From: Chrysemys picta bellii
Taxonomy: Eukaryota
Reading direction: 5' to 3'
NCBI RefSeq assembly: GCF_011386835.1
Contig: NC_088794.1
Coordinates: forward strand, 9,176,001 to 9,240,000
DNA length: 64,000 bases
A program made the position numbers and the translations under genes. Shown in pieces: positions 49,315-60,572 of the stretch (its first letter is position 1; each line of letters starts with the position of its first letter). The notes under the pieces were generated by a model. It worked only from the letters and a program-made list of their open reading frames with translations. It had not been told where the DNA came from and did not search any database.

Positions 49315-49915
49315 TGTTGGTATATAATACTCTAAATGGTCTTTATTGATTACAAAACAAACCTTACTTGGTCCACATTCATACCCCAAACATACTATCC
49401 CAGAGTCCAAAGGTCAGAATGGGCCCGATGGCCAGTTGAGATTCCTTCCGATCATAAGATGCGGGGAGCCAGCGAAAACCACATCTATACCCACACGGAG
49501 CTCTGGATCAGTAAACAACTCCAATTTGCAGAAGTCATAGGCGAACATTTATAGTCCATTCTGTCATGTCCTCGGTTCTTTGCCTTTGTTTACTAGGCCT
49601 TCTACCCACACAATTCCAAAGAGACAATCCTGGGCGAGCTGCCATGATCCAAGGCGTGCCATTTCCTCCAATTCTTATACAATTTTATATCAGTCCATCT
49701 GGTGTTGTTTCCTTTTCTGTTCATTTTCCGTATTTTTCTCTGAACAAAACAAGATTGTTTTTGCACAGATAGTTCTAATAGTCCTTGACCGTATGTTCTT
49801 GCTTTGGTTGCTAAGTTGCAACGCACGTATTCATATCAAGCACGCGTCACTCATACCAGGCCTCAATGACGTATCCATGTAATACGTTATAGATGAATCA
49901 CAATGTGTGTGCGTT
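49315..49915 (-). mobile_element. 3' LTR (partial; 5' part in N gap) of the endogenous retroelement
   Basis: Minus strand: CRE-like TGACGT 49867-49872, TATAAA 49553-49548, AATAAA 49347-49342, terminal ..ACCAACA at 49315; lies directly downstream of env. Confidence 0.65.
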
Positions 49916-50082
49916 NNNNNNNNNNNNNNNNNNNNNNNNNNNNNNNNNNNNNNNNNNNNNNNNNNNNNNNNNNNNNNNNNNNNNNNNNNNNNNNNNNNNN
50001 NNNNNNNNNNNNNNNNNNNNNNNNNNNNNNNNNNNNNNNNNNNNNNNNNNNNNNNNNNNNNNNNNNNNNNNNNNNNNNNNNN
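49916..50082. other. Assembly gap (N run)
   Basis: Run of N bases. Confidence 1.
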
Positions 50083-50123
50083 CTCTTGATACAATAATTA
50101 ATGGCATTAATCATGTATCACTT

Positions 50124-51940
50124 TATAATTTCGCAAGCAATTCAATTATATATATCACTTGCTCCAAAACTTCTTGTCGCTTTCTTATTCGGCAGTATAA
50201 ACATAGCATAATGTTAACAAAATAATTAATGCAAATAATATCACAATAGGATGTAGCATTAAATTTAGAAGAGCTGTGACACTGGGAGATCATCCTTTGA
50301 AAATATCATACCAATGAGAAATTGCCAATTCTTCTCCTTTCCCCAATTTTAATATTTGACCATTGTGGATCAAAATGTTTATTTTTCCCAGCTGAGCAGA
50401 CTTAGATATATCTATTGCATATTGCCTGATTTTTTTTTCACTTTCATCAATAAATTTTTCCCATTGTTCCCAATGTATCCCCAAATCCAAAGACCAGTCC
50501 ACATCTTTTGGTTCCCAAACAATTTCCTTTTTTAAAAATAGAGGACCTCGGTAAATAATTCTATTAATAATGACCTCTGTTACATTACATTTACATGACT
50601 CAATTGGGCCTTTTTCTGTCATGCTTCCCCAAAATACATGTTTTTCAGTGGCTACCACACAAATACACCCATTAACTAAATCAAACACTCTTGTGCCATG
50701 AGAGGCTAAATATTGCATGGTACATTGTCTGCTTGAATGGTTCAAATGACATCCCTCTAGGGACCAAGTTAGTTGTGGGCACAACCACTTACTTCATCCC
50801 CACTCTTCACAATGTTTCATCAATTCTACTAATGTATAATCCCTTTCTTCTTGAATCAAGTGTGTCCCACTTATTTCTATTTTCTATAACTCTTCATTAA
50901 TAATTTTTGGCAACACCCAGGCCATTGCTGCTTGCTTGCTTATTTATTTATTTATTTATTTATTTTGCTTCTCTGTGTTGTGTAACAGCATTCTGCCTTT
51001 CCACTCCACCCTCAGAGTGGCTTTGTCCCAATTAAACTCTATATATTTCTTTCATCTTGGAATTCGTTGATTCCATATATGAGGATCTTTGAACCATTCA
51101 AAAGGCCATGGTCCATTACTTAACAGATTAACCATTCTCTCTATGTATTGTATCCCATAGGTTTGCATCTGTACACATCGTATTGTTAGTTTTATTGTCA
51201 ATCTCAGACACACCAAATAGATTTACATTTAGAGATGTTTTAAAGGGTTGGGCTTGTTTCAGTTGGAGTTCCACACTTCTTATTCCTTGTTCCGATAATG
51301 CACCAAAATTTTGTCATGTGTCTGTATCCCAAAATCTTACCCAAAGCTGACATTTTCCCTTGCAACGTCTCAATATCAAATCTTTTGGCCTTAGATATTC
51401 CCCTGTCACATTTTTGCCATCTTCCCACCATATTTCACATTTTACCTCAAAAGGGTTTTTCTTTACATCTGGTTTTGTTTGGTCCTGTTTTTCCCATTCT
51501 ATCCCACGAATAGTCTAAGGTATTTTTCCCTTCTATCCATACCTCCATCCTAGAGGTGTTCCCATATGTATATCCATGTACCCCTAAATTTCCTCAAATA
51601 TTCAAAAAACTTAAAAGCCAAAAACCATATTTTCACCCTTATTGAGGATCCTCATAATTCAAAATTGAAGTCCTGGCCATTATTCCATAGGAATAATATC
51701 CAATGCTTCTGGTCGTATTATTCTAAATACTTACACTAACCTCTTCTATCTTCGCTCGAGCTCTGGTATTATTTTTTTTCTTCCTAAAATATAACACACA
51801 CAACACAATTCTTCTACTAAGACAAAATGCAAAGCAAGCATAAACAATAAACCAATTATAAAAATTGTAGCACCGTAGCCACGCTCAAATCCAAGGTCCG
51901 TACAGGATAATCTCCGGTGCAATTGGGCATTCCTTTCCCT
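50124..51940 (-). pseudogene. Decayed env-like glycoprotein gene of the retroelement
   Basis: Acceptor at 51941; hydrophobic leader TIFIIGLLFMLALHFVLV; sequons NKT/NVT/NNT; Cys-rich HCEEWG*SKWLCPQ..GCICVV..SCKCNVT; HWYDIFKG*SPSVTALLNLMLHPIVILFALIILLTL anchor then basic CRIRKR after a frameshift; several stops and frameshifts. Confidence 0.7.
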
Positions 51941-52620
51941 CTGTAAGATAAACTAAAAGAAAAAGAAAGGAACGTTATTTAATCTTTAGGCCATAAATTT
52001 AATTGTGATGTGTGGACCCACTTTCCCTTTTCCCCCTTGTTAATCTGCACTACAGTAGGTGCAATTTTATTCATGATGGAAAATGGTCCAACCCATCTAG
52101 ACTCCAGGAAATGATTTTTCTATGTTAATTTCAAATACGTTACTCTAGCTCCGATTTTCCATAATCTACTGTCCTGAGCCACACGAGAATCCACATAGTC
52201 TCTTGCTTTTTCAGTGGTGTCAGTCAGTTTAAATTCCATTTTCTTAAGTTCTGTTGGTAACACCCTTACCCATTGAGTAACTGATATCTCCTCTTCTTCT
52301 TCCGGGTACAATAAAGGGCTCCACAATCTCATAGGCCTTCCAAAGAGAATTTGATAAGCCCGGTAGCCAGTACCCAATAGATCACTACTTCGGATGGCCG
52401 CCAACACCACTGGCAATTTATCGTCCCAATCTTTGCCAGTTTCTTGCACTACTTTGCATAGAGCTTGTTTAATAGTTTGATTCATCCTTTCTACTGTCCC
52501 TGATGATTGAGGATGATAGGGGATGTGTAGTTGTTGCTTTATTCCTAAAGCTTTTAATAAACTTTTAATTACTCCTCCTACAAAATGTGGCCCATTATCG
52601 GAATAAATTACTTTTGGAGT

Positions 52621-52857
52621 TCATAGAATCATAGAAGATTAGGGTTGGAAGAGACCTCAGGAGGTTATCTAGTCCAATCCCTTGCTCAAAGCAGGACCAA
52701 CACCAACTAAATCATCCCAGCCAGGGCTTTGTCAAGACGGGCCTTAAAAATCTCTACGGATGGAGATTCCACCACCTCCCTAGGTAACCCATTCCAGTGC
52801 TTCACCACCCTCCTAGTGAAATAGTGTTTCCTAATATTCAATGTAGATCTCCCCCAC
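52621..52857 (-). mobile_element. CR1 3' fragment nested in the integrase gene
   Basis: CR1 tail TCATAGAATCATAGAAGATTAGGGTTGGAAGAGACCTC interrupts FSRY / TPKVIYSD. Confidence 0.9.
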
Positions 52858-53505
52858 ATAATTTTTCATATCTACTAAACATTACTTCCCACAACTTTTT
52901 GGCAGTGGTCTCTGCAGTATGATTTCTGGTGTGAATCGCCTCCACCCATCCAGAAAAGGAATCTACTATCACTAATAAATACTGATTCCCCCTTTGGGTC
53001 TTAAGCAATTTATCAATATAATCAACCTGTATTCTTCTCCATGGCCCCACAATTCTTTGGTGCAACAAGGGTCTTGAATTCAGTGGTGTATTCAGTAGTG
53101 CACACCTTATGCAGTTTTTAACAAAATTTTCTACGTCCTTTCGCACCTGAGGCCATATTCCAATTTATTTTACCTTAAAGAGAGTATTCTCTATTCCTTG
53201 ATGCACCATAGAGTGACACAGGTTAATAATCTCTTCTCTTTGAAGTTTGTCAGGTACCCACTTTATCTCTCCTGTTTTGTTTTGTTTTTATTCACTGCAC
53301 AGCCCCCTTGTATATTCCCGTTTCCCCATCTTTCCTCAGGTTTAACCTCCTGTTTTATGGCTGGAGCTCTAGTAACTCCCAGAACTCCCAGAGGTTCCTT
53401 TGCTGCTAATTTTTAATTTTTTTTTCATTCCCTTCTCGCTTTTGATGACCTTTAATATGTCTTACTCTTAATTTTCCTGGGTGTTTTTTCAACCAATCAT
53501 AAATA

Positions 53506-53735
53506 CAGGTTTCAGGGTAGCAGCCGTGTTAGTCTGTATCCTCAAAAAGAACGGGAGTACTTGTGGCACCTTAGAGACTAACAAATTTATTAGAGCATAA
53601 GCTTTCGTGGGCTACAACCCACTTCTTCGGTTTCACTCTATATGCATCCGAAGAAGTGGGCTGTAGTCCACGAAAGCTTATGCTCTAATAAATTTGTTAG
53701 TCTCTAAGGTGCCACAAGTACTCCTGTTCTTTTTC
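53506..53735. mobile_element. Palindromic Penelope-like end nested in pol, hammerhead-like cores on both strands (CCGAAGA variant)
   Basis: CCGAAGAAGTGGGCTGTAGTCCACGAAAGCTTATGCTC from 53648 and its inverted copy 53593-53630. Confidence 0.65.
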
Positions 53736-55861
53736 AATCATAGAGAGATTTTCAATCCTCCTTTTGGACCAAATTTTTCCCCTCCGCTGTTTCCCAAGGC
53801 TTCTTTTTCCGAATCCCAGTCCAGGATCCCAGTCCTTGTCCCACAAAGTCTGAATCCATATAGACATGACAGCCTGCAACGTTATTTTTCTGTTTAAGCA
53901 GATCACTAAGAGCTCTGACCTCTGCTCCCTGAGCTGAAGTCATACTCATAGAACCAGAAATAGTTTCCCCATCAATTTGTACAGCCACGTATCCCGTATA
54001 TTTCTTAGAGTTTTCATAGTATGGACTACCATCTGTAAACCAAAACTCTTCTTCTCCGAGGCTTAACACTTCATCTACCAGGGGTGTGTCTTCAACTAAC
54101 TTCGGTCTGGAAGTGGGCATTCCTGCTCCTCTCCTTCCGTCAGGAGGGCATAGGGTAACATCATTGCTTGTTTGTTATTCTCATAAGTGACATCTCTGCT
54201 AGTTAACATCAAGGTCCATTGGGCCATCCTGGCATTCGATACTCCTGTCCCCTGCAGTTTCCCTAATAAAATATACTTCAGGGGAGAGTGAGGTGTTTGT
54301 ATTATAACAGGGGCTGTGCCAGTAGTCAAAGCAAAAGCTTCACTGGCCCACACAGCAGCTAAACGTGCTCTTTAACAGATCCCAAACTGCTGCTTCGTAG
54401 GAGTTAATCTTCTAGACTCGTATGCTACCGGTATTAACTTCCTGTCAATTTCCTACATTAGTACTGATGCTAGACTTTGCTGGGTTGCTGCCAACTTAAT
54501 CACAAACAGCTTGTTTATCTCTGGGAATTTCAATGCTTGTTTTAAATGACAAAGCTTTTTCTTGTTCAGGCCCCGACTCCCATTCTCCTTTCTTTTAGTA
54601 AACGCCACAAGGGTACAATTATAACGGCAACATTCCAGATGTGTTTCCTTAAATAGTTAAACCCTCCTAACATCACGTCAACGCATGAGAATCCTCTGGC
54701 CTTGGTAAATTCATTGCTGATTTCACCTTTTGTTGATCTACCTGAATTCCTTGTTCCCCGAGGGTCACCCCCAAATAATTCACTCTCCTCTGCACTAGTT
54801 GGGCTTTCTCTTTATTAGCCTTGAAACCAGTTTCCTGGATGAGTCTCAACGCTTTTTTAGTCCACTGAGCCACCTCCTCCTCAATGTCCCCCCCCACACT
54901 AATATGTCATCTACATATGAGGTGACATTCTCCCGATCCTCTTTGGATAATTGATCCAGTATTTGCACCACATGTTGGGGCGCAATAGCCGGACCGCAAT
55001 GTAGGCCCTGGGGAATTCTTTTAAACAAGTACTGTTGTCCCTTAAAAGTCAACGCAAAGCAGGCCCAAGAATCGGGATGCAATGGGATGGCGAAAAAACA
55101 GTTTGTCAAATCTATGATCGAGAACCATTTAGGGGCCCCCTGTATTCTTGCCATCACTTGAAGTAGATCTGCTACTATTGGTGCCATGGGGGGGCAGCTT
55201 TATTAATTTGTCTAAAATCCTGTTGTGCCAAGCGCTGCCTGTATCCTGGGCAGGCTACAATTTAAGCATAAAACGAGACCCATGGGAGCAGGCGCCAGGT
55301 GCTGCACAAACAACATTGGGTAAAACCACCCTGAGTCTAGCTGCAGATTGTCGCGGCATTTTGTATCAGAAATTACAGAGCAGTTATATAAGTTTAGTAA
55401 ATGTCACAGGTCCTTAAATTTACTGTGATGGCTCCATGATTTTTAATAAAACCTGCCCTTCTCCTCGCCCTGCTCAAGGGGCACTAGCCACCCAAAGAAG
55501 CACCTTCCCCCTAGCGCTGCAACCCTAACCCCAGCCTGGTGCAGAGGGGTTGGGGTGGGCTAGAGTAGATCTGGGTGGCAATGCCATTCACTGAAGTTTG
55601 TCCCACCTCCCCCACCATCATGACCATGGGCGGGGGAAAATCTGAGTGGCACTGGAACCTCGCAGGCCAGGTCTCAATGCCCAGAGCAAGGCGTTGGGTC
55701 CAGCCCTGTGGGACAGGAGCTGCCATTGCAGGGTGAGGCACCCATCCAAAAAACAATCACGAAGAAATGGGGAAATCGCTCCATCCGTGACATTTTTCCA
55801 TCTTTGTTGAAGGTGTAGTTTAACCATGAGCTAACACCGGGATTACCTCTACTCTCTCCAG

Positions 55862-56976
55862 CAGGGCAGGAGATCCCGGGAGGAAAGAGGGCACAGGCCG
55901 AATGTGGGGAAAGCGCAGCAGGAATGCAGGATCCCATGGCCCACAGAGGGATCCATGCACAGGATGCAATCCATCCCCGGGGTAAACTCAGCCAGAGACC
56001 GGATCTGGCTACACAACAGAGACTCCCCATGGGACAGTGTCCCCAACACTGCATTGACTGCGACAAGAGGTTCAGCAACCCCTCCGCGCTGAACCAGCAC
56101 CAGCGCACACATGCCAGGGAGCAGCCATACCGTTGCTCTGACTGTGACAAGGGCTTTGCAGAGAGCTCAAAGCTGAGAATACACCAGCGCACGCACACCG
56201 GGGAGCGGCCGTACCGTTGCTCCGACTGCGACAAGGGTTTTGCACAGATTGCATATCTGAGAATACACCAGCGCACGCACACTGGAGAGCGGCCGCGCTG
56301 CTGCCCCCACTGTGGCAAGAGATTTGCGCACAGCTCAAGCCTGAGAACACACCAGCGCACGCACACCAGAGAGCGGCCGTACCACTGCACTGACTGCGGC
56401 AAGGACTTTGCAGAGATTGCACACCTGAGAATACACCAGCGCACGCACAACGGGGAGCGCCCGTACCGCTGTGCTGACTGTGACAAGAGCTTTGCACAGA
56501 TCGCACACCTGAGAAGACACCAACGCACGCACACTGGGGAGCTCCCACACCACTGCGCTGAGTGCGGCAAGGATTTTGCACAGATTGCATATCTGAGAAT
56601 ACACCAGCGCACGCACACCGGGGAGCGGCCGTACCGCTGTGCTGACTGCGACAAGGGCTTTGCACAGATCGCACACCTGAGAATACACCAGCGCACGCAC
56701 AGCGGGGAGCGGCCATACCGCTGCATCAGCTGTGGGAAGAGCTTTGCAGAGAACTCAAAGCTGAGAATACACCAGCGCACGCACACTGGGGAGCGGCCGT
56801 ATTGCTGCACCAACTGCGGCAAGAGCTTTGCAGAGAGCTCAAGCCTGAGAATACACCAGCGCACGCACACCGGGGAGCGGCCGTACCGCTGTGCTGACTG
56901 CGGAAAGGACTTTTCACAGATCGGACACCTGAGAAAACACCAGCGCACGCACACGGGAGCGGCCGCATCGCTGTGA
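55862..56976 (+). CDS. KRAB-ZNF gene D exon 4, 11 C2H2 fingers; spliced CDS ~461 aa
   Basis: Acceptor CTCCAG|55862 in frame with KRAB-B and ORF 55924-56976; 24+130+117+1115 = 1386 nt. Confidence 0.9.
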
Positions 56977-57390
56977 CGATTGCGGCAAGAGCTTCAGCAA
57001 TGCCAGTACGCTGACAAACCACCAACTCATGCACACTGGAGAGCGGCCGCGCCGCTGTGCATACTATGGTAAGAGGTTCAGCAATGCCAACAAGCTGACC
57101 CAGCACCAGTGCATAATCTCATACCTGAGAGCACACCAGTGTGCGCACACCAGGGAGCGGCCATACAGCTGTCATGATTGCGGCAAGAGCTTCAGCAGCA
57201 CTGATGCCTCATCAGCGCATGCACACCGTGGCCGGCCATTTCAATGCACTGACTGCGGCAAGAGCTTGCACAGAGCTCACTCCTGAGACTACACCAGCGC
57301 ATTCACAGCAGGGAGCGGCTGTACAGCTGTGCTGATTGGCAAACGCTTTGCTCAATTGGGCAACCTCCCCTGGCACCAGTTGGCTCACCA
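56955..57390 (+). pseudogene. Out-of-frame, decayed zinc fingers downstream of the gene D frameshift
   Basis: Shifted frame reads ERPHRCDDCGKSFSNASTLTNHQLMHTGERPRRC.., then progressively broken fingers. Confidence 0.8.
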
Positions 57391-57769
57391 ACGCCCCTCT
57401 GCCACCGCCAGGGTCTGCGGGGCTTCTGGCAGCAAGTGGATCTGGCACAGTGCCAGCAGACTCAGGCCAGGGAGTGGTCCTGTCCCCCATGATGCCCAGC
57501 AGAGACTGTGGGGCAGGGAAGGGGGACTTGGCTGAGCAGTGTGGGGAAGAGCAGACAGGTGGGGGGATTTTAGAGCAGATGGTCACAGCCTACTCAGGCT
57601 TTTGCATTACTCCTGGGGAATTCTGTGCTAAAAAAAGAAACATTCTGCAAACTATATTTTAAAATTCTGCATATTTTATTTGTCAACATAACACAATATA
57701 ATCACGTTAGTTTCAATTATTTTGGTGATTTATTTCAAAATACCTGTCAGCTACTATGTCTAAGCTGAA

Positions 57770-58600
57770 ATCGCAACTGAAGTGTGTTTACCAGACACAT
57801 CTGGGGAGTGGATAAAACTGTTTCTCAACCAAAGAAGTTAACGCTTCTAGCCAAGGTGTCCTCAAAGCTGATGGGCCACCACCTATCAAGTAGCCATTCT
57901 TTGGCAAGGAAGGCAATCAGGAACCAATAGACCTGCATTTTAGAAAACAACAGCATGAAACCTCTTTGCCACCAAAGTTCATGTCTCCCCACTCAGCTGA
58001 GAAGTTTATCTAGGGGTCGCTTTGAGAAAAATGCATTTCAAAGGGAGATTGAACTATAAAAGAGAAGGGCAAAAACACCTCTTGTGATTTCTCCCTGTTT
58101 ATCTCTAGTTATCGCCTAAGAGGACAAAAAAGGAAAAGAAAAGCAGCTCTTGGACCTCAGGAACTGATCCTGACCTGAAAATTTGGTCCGCAATGCTACT
58201 GGAAACCTGTGCTAAGGGACTTCACTTTTCCCCAAGTCTAATTTGTTCAGTTTAGTACTAGGAAGTATTTTTCTTTCTTTTTCTTGCAGCCATTTCTGAC
58301 TTTGATGCCTCGTCACTTGTACTCACTCGAAATCTACCTTTGTGATTAAATACATTTGTTTTCTTCTTTAATTGAAATGAATCCAGTATTGTGAACTGTG
58401 TGGATATCTCCATTTGGGGTGGGAAACTGTTAGGTCCATTGCCCCTCTAAGGGGATCAAGATATATTATACCAGGACGGTCCAGGAGAAGGCTGGACAAT
58501 ACAGGCCGTACATTTTGGTGGGGAAATCTGGGACTGTGTATGTGTTCGGGGTCACCCTGCAGTAATAACCCAGGCTGTGAAAGGCAGAGTGTGAGCTGAG
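57770..58600 (+). mobile_element. Possible solo LTR remnant
   Basis: CTATAAAAG ~58053 and ATTAAA ~58346 in LTR-like order; ends and TSD not defined. Confidence 0.3.
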
Positions 58601-60459
58601 CGTGGGTGGCAGGCAGCAGCTACACACAGACACTCGGGGTAAGACCGGAAGCTGGAGGCTGTTTTTGAGTGGTCCAGGTTGGGAATGGCAGCAGCAAAGC
58701 ATTAATGGGCATCCCAGGTTACAGGGCAGGCGGTGACACTGCCCCCCTTCCCTTCTCCTCCCCCCCCCCCAAATGTCTGGATTACATCCTGGATTGTGAT
58801 AGCCTCATTGTCTTGTTGGACAATGAAAAGGGACACAACTCATATCCTGGTTGGATGTTCCAAGCTTTTGCCATCAGTACGGGTCATTTCCTGATTGGCC
58901 CAGGCCAGCTTTGCCCAGCAGAGTGACCAGGCTGCACCACCCAACAGAAATGGTATAAAATGTCTCATGTTGTTCAGAGCGTCGCTTCCTGAAGTCAAAA
59001 TGTCTGCATGAAAGAGATGGTGAGTGTGACCATCATGGCCTGGCCAGGGAGAGCACCCCCTGCTGGGTAACAACTGAACTCTGGTTGCTGAAAAGCACCC
59101 TACTAATTTCATTTTTTAAAGTCGGGTGTTAGGCAACCGCTAAGAAATCCCCCCAGAGTATGGCTGTCACGGCACCTTGAGTGAATCACCTGAATGAACT
59201 CCCTCGCTGTCTCTAGAACCAGTCACTGCAATGGTGAAGCTGAGCTGGAGAAGTCACCTCCCTGCCAGCTCCAACCGAGATGTAGAAAAAAGTCATTTTG
59301 CATATTTACATATTGGTTAATGAACCATATTTACATATTGAATTGACAACGTGGTGCTGTTAAGGTAACCGCTTCATAGCTGAGTGAACACCCTCTGGGC
59401 GACTAAAATGGATGATGCGCAGAGGCGACAGGTAATGGCTGATAGTGGAGGGAAGGGCACAATGGAAAGGTTCTGGTGGTGTGCTGCGGGGTTCAGGGCA
59501 TGTACTCCACACACAAAGGAGTTTTGATTTCTAGACCTATTTTTGATTTCATTGTGTCGGGTTGCGACTCCACCCTGTGGGGTGCCACCTGATGTACCGG
59601 GGTACCACTGAGCCCACCTGTTACACCAGTCTGGGATCCCTTACCCGGTCCTGCTGAGCCAGGCCCTCAAGCCTACTTCAGTATACACACAGGTAGGGCC
59701 ACACCTAGCTGCAGAAAGACACAGACACTGACATCAGCACTGCCTCAGAAGGCTTCAATTAAGAAATTGCCCAGCATTCAAGTGCACAACCCCTCTGGAG
59801 TGTAAACCCCAAATGACATCATCTTGCGTTGCATAGAGAACTATAGGGCATAAGCTCATGAAATTCACCTCCTTCCTCAGTGTGGAGGGAGATATGCATG
59901 GCTTTTGCCCCCCAGTTATGAATTTCACAAACTGGTTTGAGAGAAAACAAAAGTTTATTAACTACAAAAGATCAATTTTGAGTTGTTATAAGGGATAGCA
60001 CAGAGATCAAAGCAGATTACCTGGCAAATAAAACAAACACACAAGCTAAGATCAATATACTAAAGAAACTGGTTATAAGCATCAATTTCTCACCCTAAAT
60101 GTTATTTTGGGCAGATTGCAGAGGTTCTTGAAGGCAAACTGCTCTTGCTTGCAGCTTAAAACTTCAGATGTTTCTTTCACAGGCTAGAACACTTTCCAGC
60201 CTGGCTTCAGCTCTTCTCCCTCCCCTCCCACCAGTCTTTGTTTCACACAGCAATCATCTTGGGTGGGAATTCAGTGAAGAACAAACACTGATTATGTCAC
60301 TCCCCTGCCTTAAATAGGTTTTACATATGGCCAGAATCCTTTGTTTTCCAGTGTGATCCCCACACCCACCTTCAGTCAGTGGAAAAGTACTAATTTTATC
60401 ATGGAGTCCCATATCAGGTAACGTGATCACATGACTCCGCAGCCACAACTCAAAGTCTA

Positions 60460-60572
60460 CAGGCTGTAGTTCATGAAAGTTTATGCTTTAATAAATTTGT
60501 TAGTCTCTAAGGTGCCACAAGTCCTCCTGTTCTTTTTGCGGATACAGACTAACATGGCTGCTACTCTGAAAC
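60460..60572 (+). mobile_element. Penelope-like terminal fragment (degenerate)
   Basis: GAAAGTTTATGCTTTAATAAATTTGTTAGTCTCTAAGGTGCCACAAG..GCTACTCTGAAAC. Confidence 0.6.

Larger units (their letters stand above)
51990..55220 (-). mobile_element. Decayed pol of an LTR retroelement: RT - degenerate RNase H (tether) - RNase H - integrase; gag/PR/5' LTR missing
   Basis: RT IDLTNCFFAIPL..PQG..YVDD; tether PVAYESRRL..AVWA without the catalytic TDAS; RH WFTDGS..SAQGAEVRAL..YMDS; IN H..H..CIRC, VDY, SDNGPHF, SGTVER, RWVGPF..WVH. Confidence 0.9.

Noticed and set aside
49831-50225. ORFs spanning the N run
   Set aside because: Artefacts of the assembly gap.
49311-55230. Complete provirus with TSD
   Set aside because: Sequence similarity to pol stops at ~55220 within RT (DFRQINK); no gag, protease, PBS or 5' LTR is present, so no TSD can be tested.
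55674-56954. 426-aa minus-strand ORF and similar antisense or shifted ORFs over ZNF A, B, C and TBRG1
   Set aside because: Shadow frames of GC-rich, repetitive coding exons; no independent start, splice or domain evidence.
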